Of a stretch of 64,000 nucleotides of DNA, positions 18,725-28,275 are shown one piece after another (within the stretch, counting starts at the first letter, position 1; every line of letters begins with the position of its first letter). A program made the translations under genes and the position numbers. This DNA is from Anaerolineae bacterium (GTDB lineage: Bacteria > Chloroflexota > Anaerolineae > SpSt-600), in the NCBI GenBank assembly GCA_025062375.1, contig JANXAG010000004.1:10542-74541 (forward strand), in the 5' to 3' direction. The notes under the pieces were generated by a model that saw nothing but the letters and a program-made list of their open reading frames with translations, did not search any database and was not told the origin of the DNA.

Positions 18725-20505
18725 CGTCCTCTCCGTCTGAGCCATGCCCTCAGGAGCCAGACCCCACTGCAGAAAGCGACGCTTATCCATGTTATGGTGC
18801 ATCCCAGTTTCCTCACGGGTGTATCCTCAAAACGCACCAGGACATAATGCAACCCTTTGGGGACTTTCACCGTTACCCTGCCCAGGGGACCATCTTCCGG
18901 AGCGATGGGGAGCTTTTTTACTATCCTGTATTTCTCGCCTTCTTTTTCCAGTAGGTAAGCGGTCCAGCCGGGGTAATAGAAAAGGTTGAGAGTAACAGTT
19001 AAATCTTCTCTTTCGGTCAGATAGCCGAACAGTTCGGAAGCTGTGCGCCATTCCAGGGTTGAAATCTGGGTATCTGGGGGGATGGAGGTATAATCTATGC
19101 GGGTTTTAACCTCAATCCCGGCTATGTGGAGGTCGGCAAAGGGGGACCAGCCTGGTATCTCTTTAACCCAGGCGGTAGAACCTGTCATCTCGTTAGAAGT
19201 GCGCTGAAAGCGCATCAAGCCTGCCAGGGATACGCCTCCTTCCGGGGGCTTCCCTGGCTCAGCTTTAATGTAAGGGTAACTGCCTGCAATGACCATAAGG
19301 CCAAGGAGCAGGGGCAGAAAAGGCCTGTTCCTCTCTTCTGCCAAGATGAGGGAGGAGAGAAAGGCCATGGAAAAAACCGGAATGAGAAGCCACCTCCAGG
19401 GAAATTGAGCGAACCGCACAAAGCTTACCTTTTCCCACAGAAGCGTGGAGGCATGAAGGGACAGGAAAACAGTGAGGGCTGTGGCCAGGAAAAAGAAGAT
19501 GGCCTGAGCCCGAAGGCTTCCTTTCAACCGGGGAAGAACCAGGAGCGAGAGAACCGTCAGCCCGAAGGGAACGATCCCCAACTGAAATCCCAGATTATCG
19601 TTGGGCCCAGCCACACTTATGCCGAAGCCCCATCGGGGTGAAAAGAGCTGGAAAAAGTAAACAAAGTGGTCCTGATATCGGTAGTAACCCCCCATCCATT
19701 GGTCAGTCCGCACATATTTGAACTCAAAGAAAGCCGGAAGCCAGAAGAAAGCGCAGAGGGCAAGCCCTAAAAGCAAGCCAGAGGCAGGGGGTATGGAAAC
19801 ATGGATGAACTCTCCAGAGCCCATGATGGCATAGGGGAGAGAGAACCGCTCGCGAGGGAATCCACTGAAAGCCTTCAAGCCCGTCAGAAGGAGCAGGTAA
19901 AGGGCCAGCATGGGCGTAACCACCAGGGCCACCAGATTGCTGGTAAAGAGAAGCAGGGCATAGGCAATGGCTGTCCCAGCTACGGCGTTCCAGCGGGGCC
20001 TTTCCACGCTTTCGTAAATACCCCAGAAAACCAGGGGAATGAAGACCATAGAGACCGCCTCGGCCAGGGCTGCCCGAACGTAGAGGTCAAAGATGTGGTA
20101 GGGAGCGTAGAGGTAAACCATTGCGCCCAAGAAAGCTGCCCCCGGGCCCATCACCTTTCTCAGGAACAGATACATGGCTGAACCCGAAAGGAGGATGGAA
20201 AGGCCGAAAACAATTTCAACCGATGTTGGGATATCAAAACCCAGGAGGTGAAAGAGCTCTCCCAGGTAAGAAGACAGGGGACCGTAAATGTTGAAGAAAG
20301 GGTAACCGTAGCCAAAAGCAAAGTCCGGCGACCACCTCGGGTAGAGAAGGCCATCTTTGATGGAGCGGTCCAGCTCAAAGATGAAGAAAACGTTGTGGCG
20401 GGCATCGTGAGCGTTCCAGAAATAACCGGGCATGAAGAGAGGACCCATGAGGGGTATGGCGAAAAGGAAGGTAAGGATAAGGTAAGGTTCAACGCTTCGG
20501 CGCAT
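18706..20505 (-). CDS. polytopic membrane protein, GT-C-like / Chlor_Arch_YYY-like (paralog B)
   Basis: N-terminus MRRSVEPYLILTF…PGYFWNAHDARH aligns with paralog A. C-terminal LFYYPGW motif. Confidence 0.5.
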   Translation of the reverse strand: MRRSVEPYLILTFLFAIPLMGPLFMPGYFWNAHDARHNVFFIFELDRSIKDGLLYPRWSPDFAFGYGYPFFNIYGPLSSYLGELFHLLGFDIPTSVEIVFGLSILLSGSAMYLFLRKVMGPGAAFLGAMVYLYAPYHIFDLYVRAALAEAVSMVFIPLVFWGIYESVERPRWNAVAGTAIAYALLLFTSNLVALVVTPMLALYLLLLTGLKAFSGFPRERFSLPYAIMGSGEFIHVSIPPASGLLLGLALCAFFWLPAFFEFKYVRTDQWMGGYYRYQDHFVYFFQLFSPRWGFGISVAGPNDNLGFQLGIVPFGLTVLSLLVLPRLKGSLRAQAIFFFLATALTVFLSLHASTLLWEKVSFVRFAQFPWRWLLIPVFSMAFLSSLILAEERNRPFLPLLLGLMVIAGSYPYIKAEPGKPPEGGVSLAGLMRFQRTSNEMTGSTAWVKEIPGWSPFADLHIAGIEVKTRIDYTSIPPDTQISTLEWRTASELFGYLTEREDLTVTLNLFYYPGWTAYLLEKEGEKYRIVKKLPIAPEDGPLGRVTVKVPKGLHYVLVRFEDTPVRKLGCTITWISVAFCSGVWLLRAWLRRRGRCAGSL

Positions 20506-21373
20506 TTCTCCCCATCCAGAGCCAGAGAATTGCTATTCCCAGCAAAGTAGCGATAGTGCCCGAAAGCCCTCCCTCAGGGCCGAAGGCTCCTCCCGAAAGG
20601 ATGAAATTTCCGGAGCGGATTTCCAAATTCAGGATGCTGGGAAACGCGATGCCACTCACGGGGAAGCCAAAGACAGGCCCCTGGAAATAATTCCAGGAAA
20701 AATGCAGGACCGTGGGAAGCCACAGGTTGCGGGTCAAAAGGTAAGCTACCGCAAAAAGCACTCCTGCAAGAGCAATATTGATAAAAGCAAGCCGTGAAAA
20801 ATGAGGGTTGAGGAAGTGAAAGAGGGAGAAGATAATGGAGGAAACGGCCACCGCCCAGGCAGTTCCAAAAGCTTCCTCCAAGTTCTGCAGGAAATACCCA
20901 CGGAAGGCCAATTCTTCGTTCAAAGCAGCGGTAAGCAGGAAAAAGAAAGAGAGGACAAGGACCTGAAGGGCTTGCGACAAAGGAAGAATTTGACCCACCG
21001 CAGCCCATCCGAGCGAAACGTGTAGAGCAAAAACCAGGGCCATAAGGAAAAATCCCAGAGCTAACCCAAGGCCTGCATCCGGTAACAACCTTCTGCCCAC
21101 CTCAAAGCCGAGGCTTCTAAAACTTTTGCCGTCCACAAAACGCCTCATAACGAAAACCAGAACCACCAGGGCTCCTGTAATCACCAGTTCCAGCCCGATT
21201 AGAAAGACCGAAGGAGGGCGAATCTCGGGAATCCTGCGAGTTGGGAGGTAAAAAGCAAGGATAAAGGCCGCTCCCGTGGCGGTTTGTGTAATAATGTATA
21301 GAGGCAGGAAGAGGAAAGCCCGCCACCCAGGGTGAAGCCTGCCGTCTTTCAGTAAAAACCTCTGCCAGCTCAT
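20489..21373 (-). CDS. CPBP (CAAX/Abi) family intramembrane metalloprotease
   Basis: Motif 1 EELAFRGY, motif 2 FSLFH, motif 3 HFSWN across TM helices. Confidence 0.7.
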   Translation of the reverse strand: MSWQRFLLKDGRLHPGWRAFLFLPLYIITQTATGAAFILAFYLPTRRIPEIRPPSVFLIGLELVITGALVVLVFVMRRFVDGKSFRSLGFEVGRRLLPDAGLGLALGFFLMALVFALHVSLGWAAVGQILPLSQALQVLVLSFFFLLTAALNEELAFRGYFLQNLEEAFGTAWAVAVSSIIFSLFHFLNPHFSRLAFINIALAGVLFAVAYLLTRNLWLPTVLHFSWNYFQGPVFGFPVSGIAFPSILNLEIRSGNFILSGGAFGPEGGLSGTIATLLGIAILWLWMGRNAPKR

Positions 21374-22482
21374 CGTCGCTTCCCCTCCAGAAGTTCCTGG
21401 TAAAAATCCAGCACTTTGCGGGTCATCTCCTCCACCGAAAAGGAGCGGGCGTAAAGACGAGCCTTCTCGCCCATCTGGAAACGAAGGGGCTCGTTCTCCA
21501 GCAAAAACTTTACAGCTCTGGCCAGGGCTTCCGGATCGCGTGGGGGGACCACAAGCCCGGTTTCTCCATCTCTATTTATCCAGGAGGTTCCGGTTCCCAG
21601 TTCGGTGGAAATGACAGGTTTGCCGGCCGCCATCGCTTCTATAAGGACTGTGCCAAAGGCCTCGCTCCGGTGAGAAGCGGGCAGGACGAAAAGGTCGCAG
21701 GCATGGTAAAAAGCGGGAAGCTTCTCATCCTCCACTTCGCCCAGGAAAAAGACTTTCCCATCAAGCCCCATTTCCGATGAAAGCTTTTTCCACGCCTTCC
21801 CCATCGGCCCCGAACCCACGATCAGGAGTCTGGCTTCCAGATTTCTCATAGCCTCCAGGAGGTAGGGGATGCCCTTGTAGTAGCGGAGCTTGCCCACGAA
21901 AAGGATAAGAGGATGACCGTAGCGATGGCGGATAGCGGACACCTCCTCTTCGGAAGCGGAGGCAAAGCGTTCCACTTCTACTCCGAGAGGGATCACAGCA
22001 CATTTTTCCCGGAAAAGCTGCAGAAAGGGCGAAGAATCCAGGTAACGGGGACTTGTGACAATGATGCCATCAATTCGGCTGAGGATGCGCAGAAGGAGGG
22101 GATAGTAAAGAGCCAGGATAAACCTCTGTCGAACTACATCGCTGTGGTAGGTTAAGACAGAAATTTTCCCCCGTCCTCTGAGAAAGTTGGCCACTTCTCC
22201 CGGGGGGTAAGGGAAATGGAGATGCACAACTTGCGCCGGAATTTTCCCCATAAGGCGGAAGAAGGAGATACTCAATGGGGTTGAGGCAACATGAGCCAGG
22301 CGTGCTGCCTTTATAACCCTGACCCCTTCCCGTAGCTCTTCCACAGTCTTGGGCTTAAGGTTCGTAACCAGCACCGTTACATCGTGGCCGCTGCGGGCCT
22401 GTTCCCGGGCCAGAAGGCGTATGTGATTTTCTATCCCCCCAGTGACGGGAAAATAATCCTTGTAGACGTGAAGGATACGCAT
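21370..22482 (-). CDS. GT4 family glycosyltransferase (group 1)
   Basis: N-terminal GT-B domain (MRILHVYKDYFPVTGGIENH) and C-terminal E-x7-E region (EAFGTVLIEAMAAGKPVISTE). Confidence 0.85.
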   Translation of the reverse strand: MRILHVYKDYFPVTGGIENHIRLLAREQARSGHDVTVLVTNLKPKTVEELREGVRVIKAARLAHVASTPLSISFFRLMGKIPAQVVHLHFPYPPGEVANFLRGRGKISVLTYHSDVVRQRFILALYYPLLLRILSRIDGIIVTSPRYLDSSPFLQLFREKCAVIPLGVEVERFASASEEEVSAIRHRYGHPLILFVGKLRYYKGIPYLLEAMRNLEARLLIVGSGPMGKAWKKLSSEMGLDGKVFFLGEVEDEKLPAFYHACDLFVLPASHRSEAFGTVLIEAMAAGKPVISTELGTGTSWINRDGETGLVVPPRDPEALARAVKFLLENEPLRFQMGEKARLYARSFSVEEMTRKVLDFYQELLEGKRR

Positions 22483-22485
22483 GGC

Positions 22486-23550
22486 TTAACTGGTGAGCCC
22501 TTCGGCCAATTTCTCCCAATCAAAATGGGGACCGGGGTCCGGCTTAGTATCATCCAGAGCGCAATGCCCCAGGATTCCCCTGAAAGAAGCTAAAACGCCC
22601 GCATCCTGATGGTAATTTCCTGGTCCTTCGGGAGGATAATTGGGAGGTATGGAGTGCTTCTGGCAGAGGTAACGGATGAGCTTTATCAGGGTCTGGTACT
22701 GCGCTTCGGTGTAAGGCTCCCAGTAACTTTCCCCAAACTCTAGGACTTCACCCTGATAAAGCTTCCCATTCCAGGTCAAAAAGCCCCCATTGGTTTTCCT
22801 GAGGGACCCCCAGTTATCTATCTCAATTCCGATGCTTCTCTGGTTGGGGCGGATTATCCTGGCCCTCTCCTCTCGCTTCCGGTTCTCTTCCACCGATAGG
22901 CCGGGCCTTGGGGGTATACCTGCATGCCAGGCGGTATCTTCATCTCTGACAAACTGGTAAATCGTGCCATCCCTGGCCACAAGATAGTGAGCACTGGTCT
23001 TCGATCGCGGATTCTTGAACCAGGAGATGGTGCTTTCAACGCTTCCCCCTGCTGTATAATGCAGGACAATGAGGTCTATCGGGTTGCCTCCTCTTCCAGG
23101 GGTGAAGTTGGGGGTTGGCCCAGCATGGACTATGGGAGGAGCTTCTATTTCAGGGATAGGAGGCAGGGTGATGCCCAAAATTTGAGCCAGGAGCCTGCGC
23201 TCCTCCAGGGTTAACCCGGTCAAGGATTCCACTGGAGGGCCTGAATAGAACTCATAGCGCTTGTTGACCAGGTGGGTGAGGCCTGCCCTCTTGAGCAGAG
23301 CCCAACCGTTTTCCCCGCGGCTCTCGGCCAACTTGTAAATCGCATTGATGAGATCCTGGTTCGTAAAGGGATGTGGGATGGCTTCTTCGGGTATTTCCAG
23401 GGTATATTCCCCAGGGGTGAGCTTCTCCGGGGGGCCATATTTCTCCCTCAGAAGTTCAAGGTATTTCTGGACTTCCTCGGGAGTAAATCCCTGAGCTTTC
23501 AGAAGCTCCTCAGCGCTGGGAATCTTGATAGTTATAATCTTAAGGGGCAT
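22486..23550 (-). CDS. N-acetylmuramoyl-L-alanine amidase (Amidase_2/PGRP domain) with uncharacterised N-terminal domain
   Basis: C-terminal IDLIVLHYTAGGS…SAHYLVARDGTIYQFV…AWHAG (zinc-amidase PGRP signature). No signal peptide at the N-terminus. Confidence 0.7.
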   Translation of the reverse strand: MPLKIITIKIPSAEELLKAQGFTPEEVQKYLELLREKYGPPEKLTPGEYTLEIPEEAIPHPFTNQDLINAIYKLAESRGENGWALLKRAGLTHLVNKRYEFYSGPPVESLTGLTLEERRLLAQILGITLPPIPEIEAPPIVHAGPTPNFTPGRGGNPIDLIVLHYTAGGSVESTISWFKNPRSKTSAHYLVARDGTIYQFVRDEDTAWHAGIPPRPGLSVEENRKREERARIIRPNQRSIGIEIDNWGSLRKTNGGFLTWNGKLYQGEVLEFGESYWEPYTEAQYQTLIKLIRYLCQKHSIPPNYPPEGPGNYHQDAGVLASFRGILGHCALDDTKPDPGPHFDWEKLAEGLTS

Positions 23551-23568
23551 TTTTCCCTCCGGGGCAGG

Positions 23569-24822
23569 TTATAAACAAGCCATCTCTTCTGGCCAGTCCA
23601 GCATCATAACCTTAACTCTGGAGCCAGCCTCAGCTTTTTTCCAATCTTCGGGGATTATGGCCAAGCCGTTGGCTTTGACCATGGAAGTGAGAATGCCTGA
23701 ACCTTGCTCTCCTGTAAGGCGAGCGTACCATTCATTACCTCTTTTTTCCACTGTAACCCTTACGAAATGCCTGCGCTCATCTTTACTGGTTATTTCGTCC
23801 AGGAGGATGGCTTCAATAGTGGGCTTTTCCAGGCATGTTTTGCCCTGCATCTTCAGGATGGCAGGCCTGGCAAACAGTTCAAAGGACACCATCACCGAGA
23901 CAGGGTTCCCCGGAAGGCCCAGAAGGGGTACCTTACCGCCTAAGATTCCAAACGCAATGGGTTTGCCCGGCTTCATCCTTACCTGCCAGAACGTGATTTC
24001 TCCTTCCACAGCAAGGACCTCTTTGACCAGATCGAAGTCCCCTACTGAAACCCCTCCTGAGGTCAGAATCAAATCTGCGCCCCTCTCAATCCCTTCCCAC
24101 AGTTTAGCCGCCAGCTCCTCTCTCCGGTCCCTTGCGATTCCAAGAATTATCGGTATCCCGCCGTATTTCACAACCTGAGCTGCGTTGGAATAAGTATTAG
24201 TGTTGCGGATCTTTCCGGGGCCTGGAGTTTCATCCAGATCCACCAGCTCATCCCCTGTAGCCAGAATAGCCACTCTGGGCCTGCGGATAACTTTGACCCT
24301 CTTTTTCCCGAGGGCTGCCAGCATGCCTATCTCAGCAGGCCTTATGACCGAGCCTCTGCGGAGCTTGAGCTCGCCCTTTTTGACGTCCTCTCCAGCCCTG
24401 CGGATTTCAGCCCCGGGCTTTACCTCTTTCATGACGTAAACCACGTCCCCTTCACGGCGTGTATCTTCAAAGCGGATTACCGCATCGGCCCCTGGAGGTA
24501 TGGGAGCACCAGTCATTATGCGGATAGCGGTTCCTGGCTCCACGGTCTTCTCACTTATGTACCCTGCAGGGACTTCGTGGATAATGCGTAAAGGACGGGG
24601 GTTTTGGGGAGAAGCCCCTCTCGTATCTTCAGCCCTCACAGCATACCCATCCATAGCACTGTTATCAAGAGGGGGTATATCCATATCGGCGAACACATCT
24701 TCTGCCAACACCCGGCCCAGAGAATCCAGCAGCTCCACCTCTTCAGGCTCAAGGGGATGGAACATAGAGAGGACTTTTTCCAGTGCTTCCTCAACACTAA
24801 GCATGGGATAAAAGGCCTCCAT
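23569..24822 (-). CDS. moeA: molybdopterin molybdotransferase MoeA
   Basis: MoeA N/MoCF-binding/C-terminal domains (DNSAMDGYAV, GGVSVGDFD, PGNPVS). Confidence 0.9.
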   Translation of the reverse strand: MEAFYPMLSVEEALEKVLSMFHPLEPEEVELLDSLGRVLAEDVFADMDIPPLDNSAMDGYAVRAEDTRGASPQNPRPLRIIHEVPAGYISEKTVEPGTAIRIMTGAPIPPGADAVIRFEDTRREGDVVYVMKEVKPGAEIRRAGEDVKKGELKLRRGSVIRPAEIGMLAALGKKRVKVIRRPRVAILATGDELVDLDETPGPGKIRNTNTYSNAAQVVKYGGIPIILGIARDRREELAAKLWEGIERGADLILTSGGVSVGDFDLVKEVLAVEGEITFWQVRMKPGKPIAFGILGGKVPLLGLPGNPVSVMVSFELFARPAILKMQGKTCLEKPTIEAILLDEITSKDERRHFVRVTVEKRGNEWYARLTGEQGSGILTSMVKANGLAIIPEDWKKAEAGSRVKVMMLDWPEEMACL

Positions 24823-24916
24823 AACGTTTTCCCCCAGAATTTTTTGTCATTATACCAGAGGCAAGGGAAAGCGCCAAGAAATGACCAACTCCGGCCCCCG
24901 AGGGACTCTCACCGCC

Positions 24917-26257
24917 TCAGCGCTCCGAAGCCCGCGGCCCCCACCAATCCAGCACATGTTCGCTGACGAAATCGTAGCGAAATTCCAGGGAGCCCAAAAC
25001 CTCTGGCAACAAAGGCTTTTGCCCGGAACCATCGGACTTCATCACATACACTTCCCATTTCCCATTGCGGTCGGTTAAAAACACGATGAATTTGCCATCC
25101 GGGGACCAAGCAGGAGCCACGCTATTGTATGGTTTCTCCAGAAGACCAGGGGCGGTAAGTCTGGTCCTTCTTGTTCCATCGGCATTAACCGTGTAAATTT
25201 CCCAGTGGTCGTGCTGGTGGTGCATGAAGGCCAGACGTGTGCCATCAGGGCTCCATACAGGATAAGTATCGTCAGGGTCATCGGTAAGCTTATAAGCTCT
25301 GGTGCCGTCAGCTGAGACCACAACAATGCCTGTATCGCCATCGTAGGCTATGAGCCGACCATCGGGAGACCAGGAAGGAGAAAAGCTGTGGTCATCGCAG
25401 GGCAACTCGTGGAATCTGCCCGTAGCGGGCTCCACAACCCCAAGCTTCCAGAAGGGGTCGGCCGGAATGGTGAAACATCGCCCCATATAGCATCGGGTCT
25501 CTTCAGGCTTACCGCCGTGCTGGCGGGTGAAGACTATTTTATCTCCATCGGGAGACCAATCGGGGGATTTGGCATGGGGATGAATGAAGACAGGCCATTC
25601 CTGAAAGTTTTCCAGGTCAAGAACCCATATCCCCTTGCGGTCTCCCTCCCATCGGGCAAAAGCGATGCGTTTACCATCGGGGGAAAAGGAGGGGTCCATG
25701 CCTGCTGTTATCCTTTTAAGCTCCATGGTGGTCAGGTTGAGGATGTAGATATCACCTCCGCTGGAAAGCTGGAAAACCAGCTTACCGGTGAAGGGAGGAA
25801 TGGGCGTTGCAGTAGGAGTTGGGGAAGGGGGAAGGGGCGGAACCTCGGCTACGGGGATGGCCTCTATAGGGCCTGGGAAATCAAGGTAAGAAGCAGCTGC
25901 CCAGCCTTCCAGACCTTCTTCTGTAACCACTTTTAACCAGAACCCCCTTTCGTCCCTTCCCATTACCTTTACTTTCTGCTGATATTTCAATCCCGCCACA
26001 ATGGGATAAAGGGCATCTGGACCTGAACGCAGGGCCAGGCTTTTCACCTTTACCAGCGCTACAGGCTCGGGCGTTGGGAAGGGGGTAAAAGTGGGACTTG
26101 GAGCAGGGGTCGGGGTTTGTGTGGGAGTAGCTGTAAAAGTAGGAGAAGGAAGGGCAGGAAGAGTAGGAACAAAAGTTGGGAGAGGAGTGGGGGTCGGGGT
26201 GCACCCCCAGAGGAGCAAAAGCAGGGCTAAAGTTGCCATCGATCGTTTCATCTGCAT
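24917..26257 (-). CDS. lipoprotein with Pro/Thr-rich linkers, bacterial SH3 domain and PD40 (TolB-like) beta-propeller repeats
   Basis: Signal peptide with LLLWGC lipobox-like Cys. TPTPTP low-complexity linker, SH3b-like KVKSLALRSGPDA…GFWLKV, repeated DPSFSPDGKRIAF / PDWSPDGDKIVF PD40 motifs. Confidence 0.7.
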   Translation of the reverse strand: MQMKRSMATLALLLLLWGCTPTPTPLPTFVPTLPALPSPTFTATPTQTPTPAPSPTFTPFPTPEPVALVKVKSLALRSGPDALYPIVAGLKYQQKVKVMGRDERGFWLKVVTEEGLEGWAAASYLDFPGPIEAIPVAEVPPLPPSPTPTATPIPPFTGKLVFQLSSGGDIYILNLTTMELKRITAGMDPSFSPDGKRIAFARWEGDRKGIWVLDLENFQEWPVFIHPHAKSPDWSPDGDKIVFTRQHGGKPEETRCYMGRCFTIPADPFWKLGVVEPATGRFHELPCDDHSFSPSWSPDGRLIAYDGDTGIVVVSADGTRAYKLTDDPDDTYPVWSPDGTRLAFMHHQHDHWEIYTVNADGTRRTRLTAPGLLEKPYNSVAPAWSPDGKFIVFLTDRNGKWEVYVMKSDGSGQKPLLPEVLGSLEFRYDFVSEHVLDWWGPRASER

Positions 26258-26379
26258 CCTCCTTTTAGCCCTCCGGGCTATTCTCCTGGTATTTTAAACC
26301 CTGCTGGACAGCCAGGCAAGGCGAAAAACTCTTTGCATTAAAATCACGAAACTTTTATAATTACCTTTGGAGGGTAAAA

Positions 26380-28272
26380 ATGGAGAGAGACCTCAAGACC
26401 AAAGGGGTGCAGCCTCCGGAAACCCGTCCCTATTCCACCTTAGAGCCTGGCACTCTTCTCCAGGGGCGCTACGAAATACTGGAAGTCCTCGGGGTCGGGG
26501 GCATGGGGGCTGTGTACAAAGCCAGAGATAGGCGCTTTGAAGGGGTTGAAAGGATCTGTGCTGTTAAGGAAATTTTTTCTGAGCTTTCCCCTTCTGTTCA
26601 TCAGGAAAGTGTGGCCAGTTTCAACCGGGAAGCCCAGATTTTGGTCAGCTTGAACCATCCTGCCATCCCCAAAGTTTACGACTATTTCACCGAAGGCCAG
26701 CGGAGCTACCTCGTGATGGAGTTCGTGGAAGGGAAAGACCTGGAAACAATTTTGCAGGAAACCCCCTCTTTTATTCCTCTGGACACAGTAGTGGACTGGG
26801 CCCTTCAGCTCTGCGATGTCCTCCATTACCTGCACAACCACAAGCCGAACCCCATAGTCTTCAGGGACCTCAAGCCTTCCAATATAATGCTTACCCACCA
26901 GGGAAGAATAATGCTCGTGGACTTCGGAATCGCCAGAGTTTTTCAGAAGGGACTAAGGGGCACTATGGTGGGGACCGAGGGATATGCCCCTCCTGAACAG
27001 TACCGTGGGGTGGTGGACCCAAGGAGCGACATTTATTCTCTGGGTGCTACCTTACATCACCTTCTGACCAGGGTAGATCCCAGGACCGAGCCTCCGTTCT
27101 CTTTCCACGAGCGGCCCATAAGGGCCATAAACCCCCTGGTTCCACCCGCTCTGGAAGCAGTCATTATGAAAGCCTTGGAATACGAGATGGATAAGCGCTT
27201 TTCCTCGGCCGAAGAGATGAAGGCGGCCATAATAAAAGCTCTGGGCGGCAGAAAGCCCCTGACAGTACCAATATTCCAGAAGGAAGAGGTCCAGGAAGTT
27301 AAACCCCTCTGGGTTTTCCAGTGTGAGGATGAAGTTCGCTCTTCCCCTGCAGTAGCTGCTGGTGCTGTCTACATCGGCTCTTACGATTACAATCTCTATG
27401 CCCTGGATGCCACAACAGGCAAAATGCTCTGGAAATACCCCACCAAAGGGGGTGTGGTTTCCACGCCCTTCCTTTGGAGGAGGATGGTTTTCTTCGGTTC
27501 AGAAGACGGCAACCTCTATGCCCTTGACCTCTCTTCCGGGCGAACATTATGGGTTTTCTCCACCGCAGGTAAAGTCCGGTCTTCCCCCAAAGTCTACGGA
27601 GAGCTCGTATTTTTCGGTTCCGATGATGGCAATTTCTACGCTGTGGAGGCAACTTCAGGCAGGCTGAAATGGTTTTTCACTACCGGAGCAGCGATAAGGT
27701 CCTCCCCGGCCCTGTTTCAGGATAGGATAATTTTCGGCTCAGATGACGGCTTCATTTACGCCCTGAAAGTGGCCGATGGCTACCCCATCTGGCGTCACTA
27801 TTGTGGGAGGAGGGTGGTTTCCTCGCCTGTGGTTTCTGAAAACCTCTTCTTTATCGGAGGCTTTGATTTTTACGTCTATGCCTTCAATGCCCTATCGGGG
27901 TGGGTAGTGTGGCGCTACAAGACCCGAAAACCCGTTGTTTCCACACCCGCTGTGGTTGAAAATACCGTCTATATCGGCTCTGCGGACGGCCACCTCTATG
28001 CCTTCAGAGCGGAAGACGGCAAGCTCCTCTGGAAATACGCTACCGGTGATCAAGTTGTCTCCTCCCCGAAGGTGGAAGAAGAAAGGGTTTACTTCGGTTC
28101 TGTAGATGGTTTTGTATATTGCCTGAGCGCTTCAAAAGGGGAGTTGCTCTGGCGCTTCCTAACCGGAGGGCCAGTAGTTTCTTCAGCCGCTCTGGCAGGA
28201 GGTGTGGTATACATAGGTTCCTGCGACGGCAAACTTTACGCTTTGCCTTCTATCCCTTCCCAAGGAGTTTAA
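26380..28272 (+). CDS. Ser/Thr protein kinase fused to PQQ-like beta-propeller repeats
   Basis: Hanks kinase motifs (GVGGMGAVYKA, VKE, FRDLKPSNIML, DFGIAR, GTEGYAPPE). C-terminal 8 or more repeats of [GS]xDG.LYALD/A…G..LWK (PQQ/BamB-like). No TM between the domains. Confidence 0.85.
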   Translation: MERDLKTKGVQPPETRPYSTLEPGTLLQGRYEILEVLGVGGMGAVYKARDRRFEGVERICAVKEIFSELSPSVHQESVASFNREAQILVSLNHPAIPKVYDYFTEGQRSYLVMEFVEGKDLETILQETPSFIPLDTVVDWALQLCDVLHYLHNHKPNPIVFRDLKPSNIMLTHQGRIMLVDFGIARVFQKGLRGTMVGTEGYAPPEQYRGVVDPRSDIYSLGATLHHLLTRVDPRTEPPFSFHERPIRAINPLVPPALEAVIMKALEYEMDKRFSSAEEMKAAIIKALGGRKPLTVPIFQKEEVQEVKPLWVFQCEDEVRSSPAVAAGAVYIGSYDYNLYALDATTGKMLWKYPTKGGVVSTPFLWRRMVFFGSEDGNLYALDLSSGRTLWVFSTAGKVRSSPKVYGELVFFGSDDGNFYAVEATSGRLKWFFTTGAAIRSSPALFQDRIIFGSDDGFIYALKVADGYPIWRHYCGRRVVSSPVVSENLFFIGGFDFYVYAFNALSGWVVWRYKTRKPVVSTPAVVENTVYIGSADGHLYAFRAEDGKLLWKYATGDQVVSSPKVEEERVYFGSVDGFVYCLSASKGELLWRFLTGGPVVSSAALAGGVVYIGSCDGKLYALPSIPSQGV

Positions 28273-28275
28273 AAA

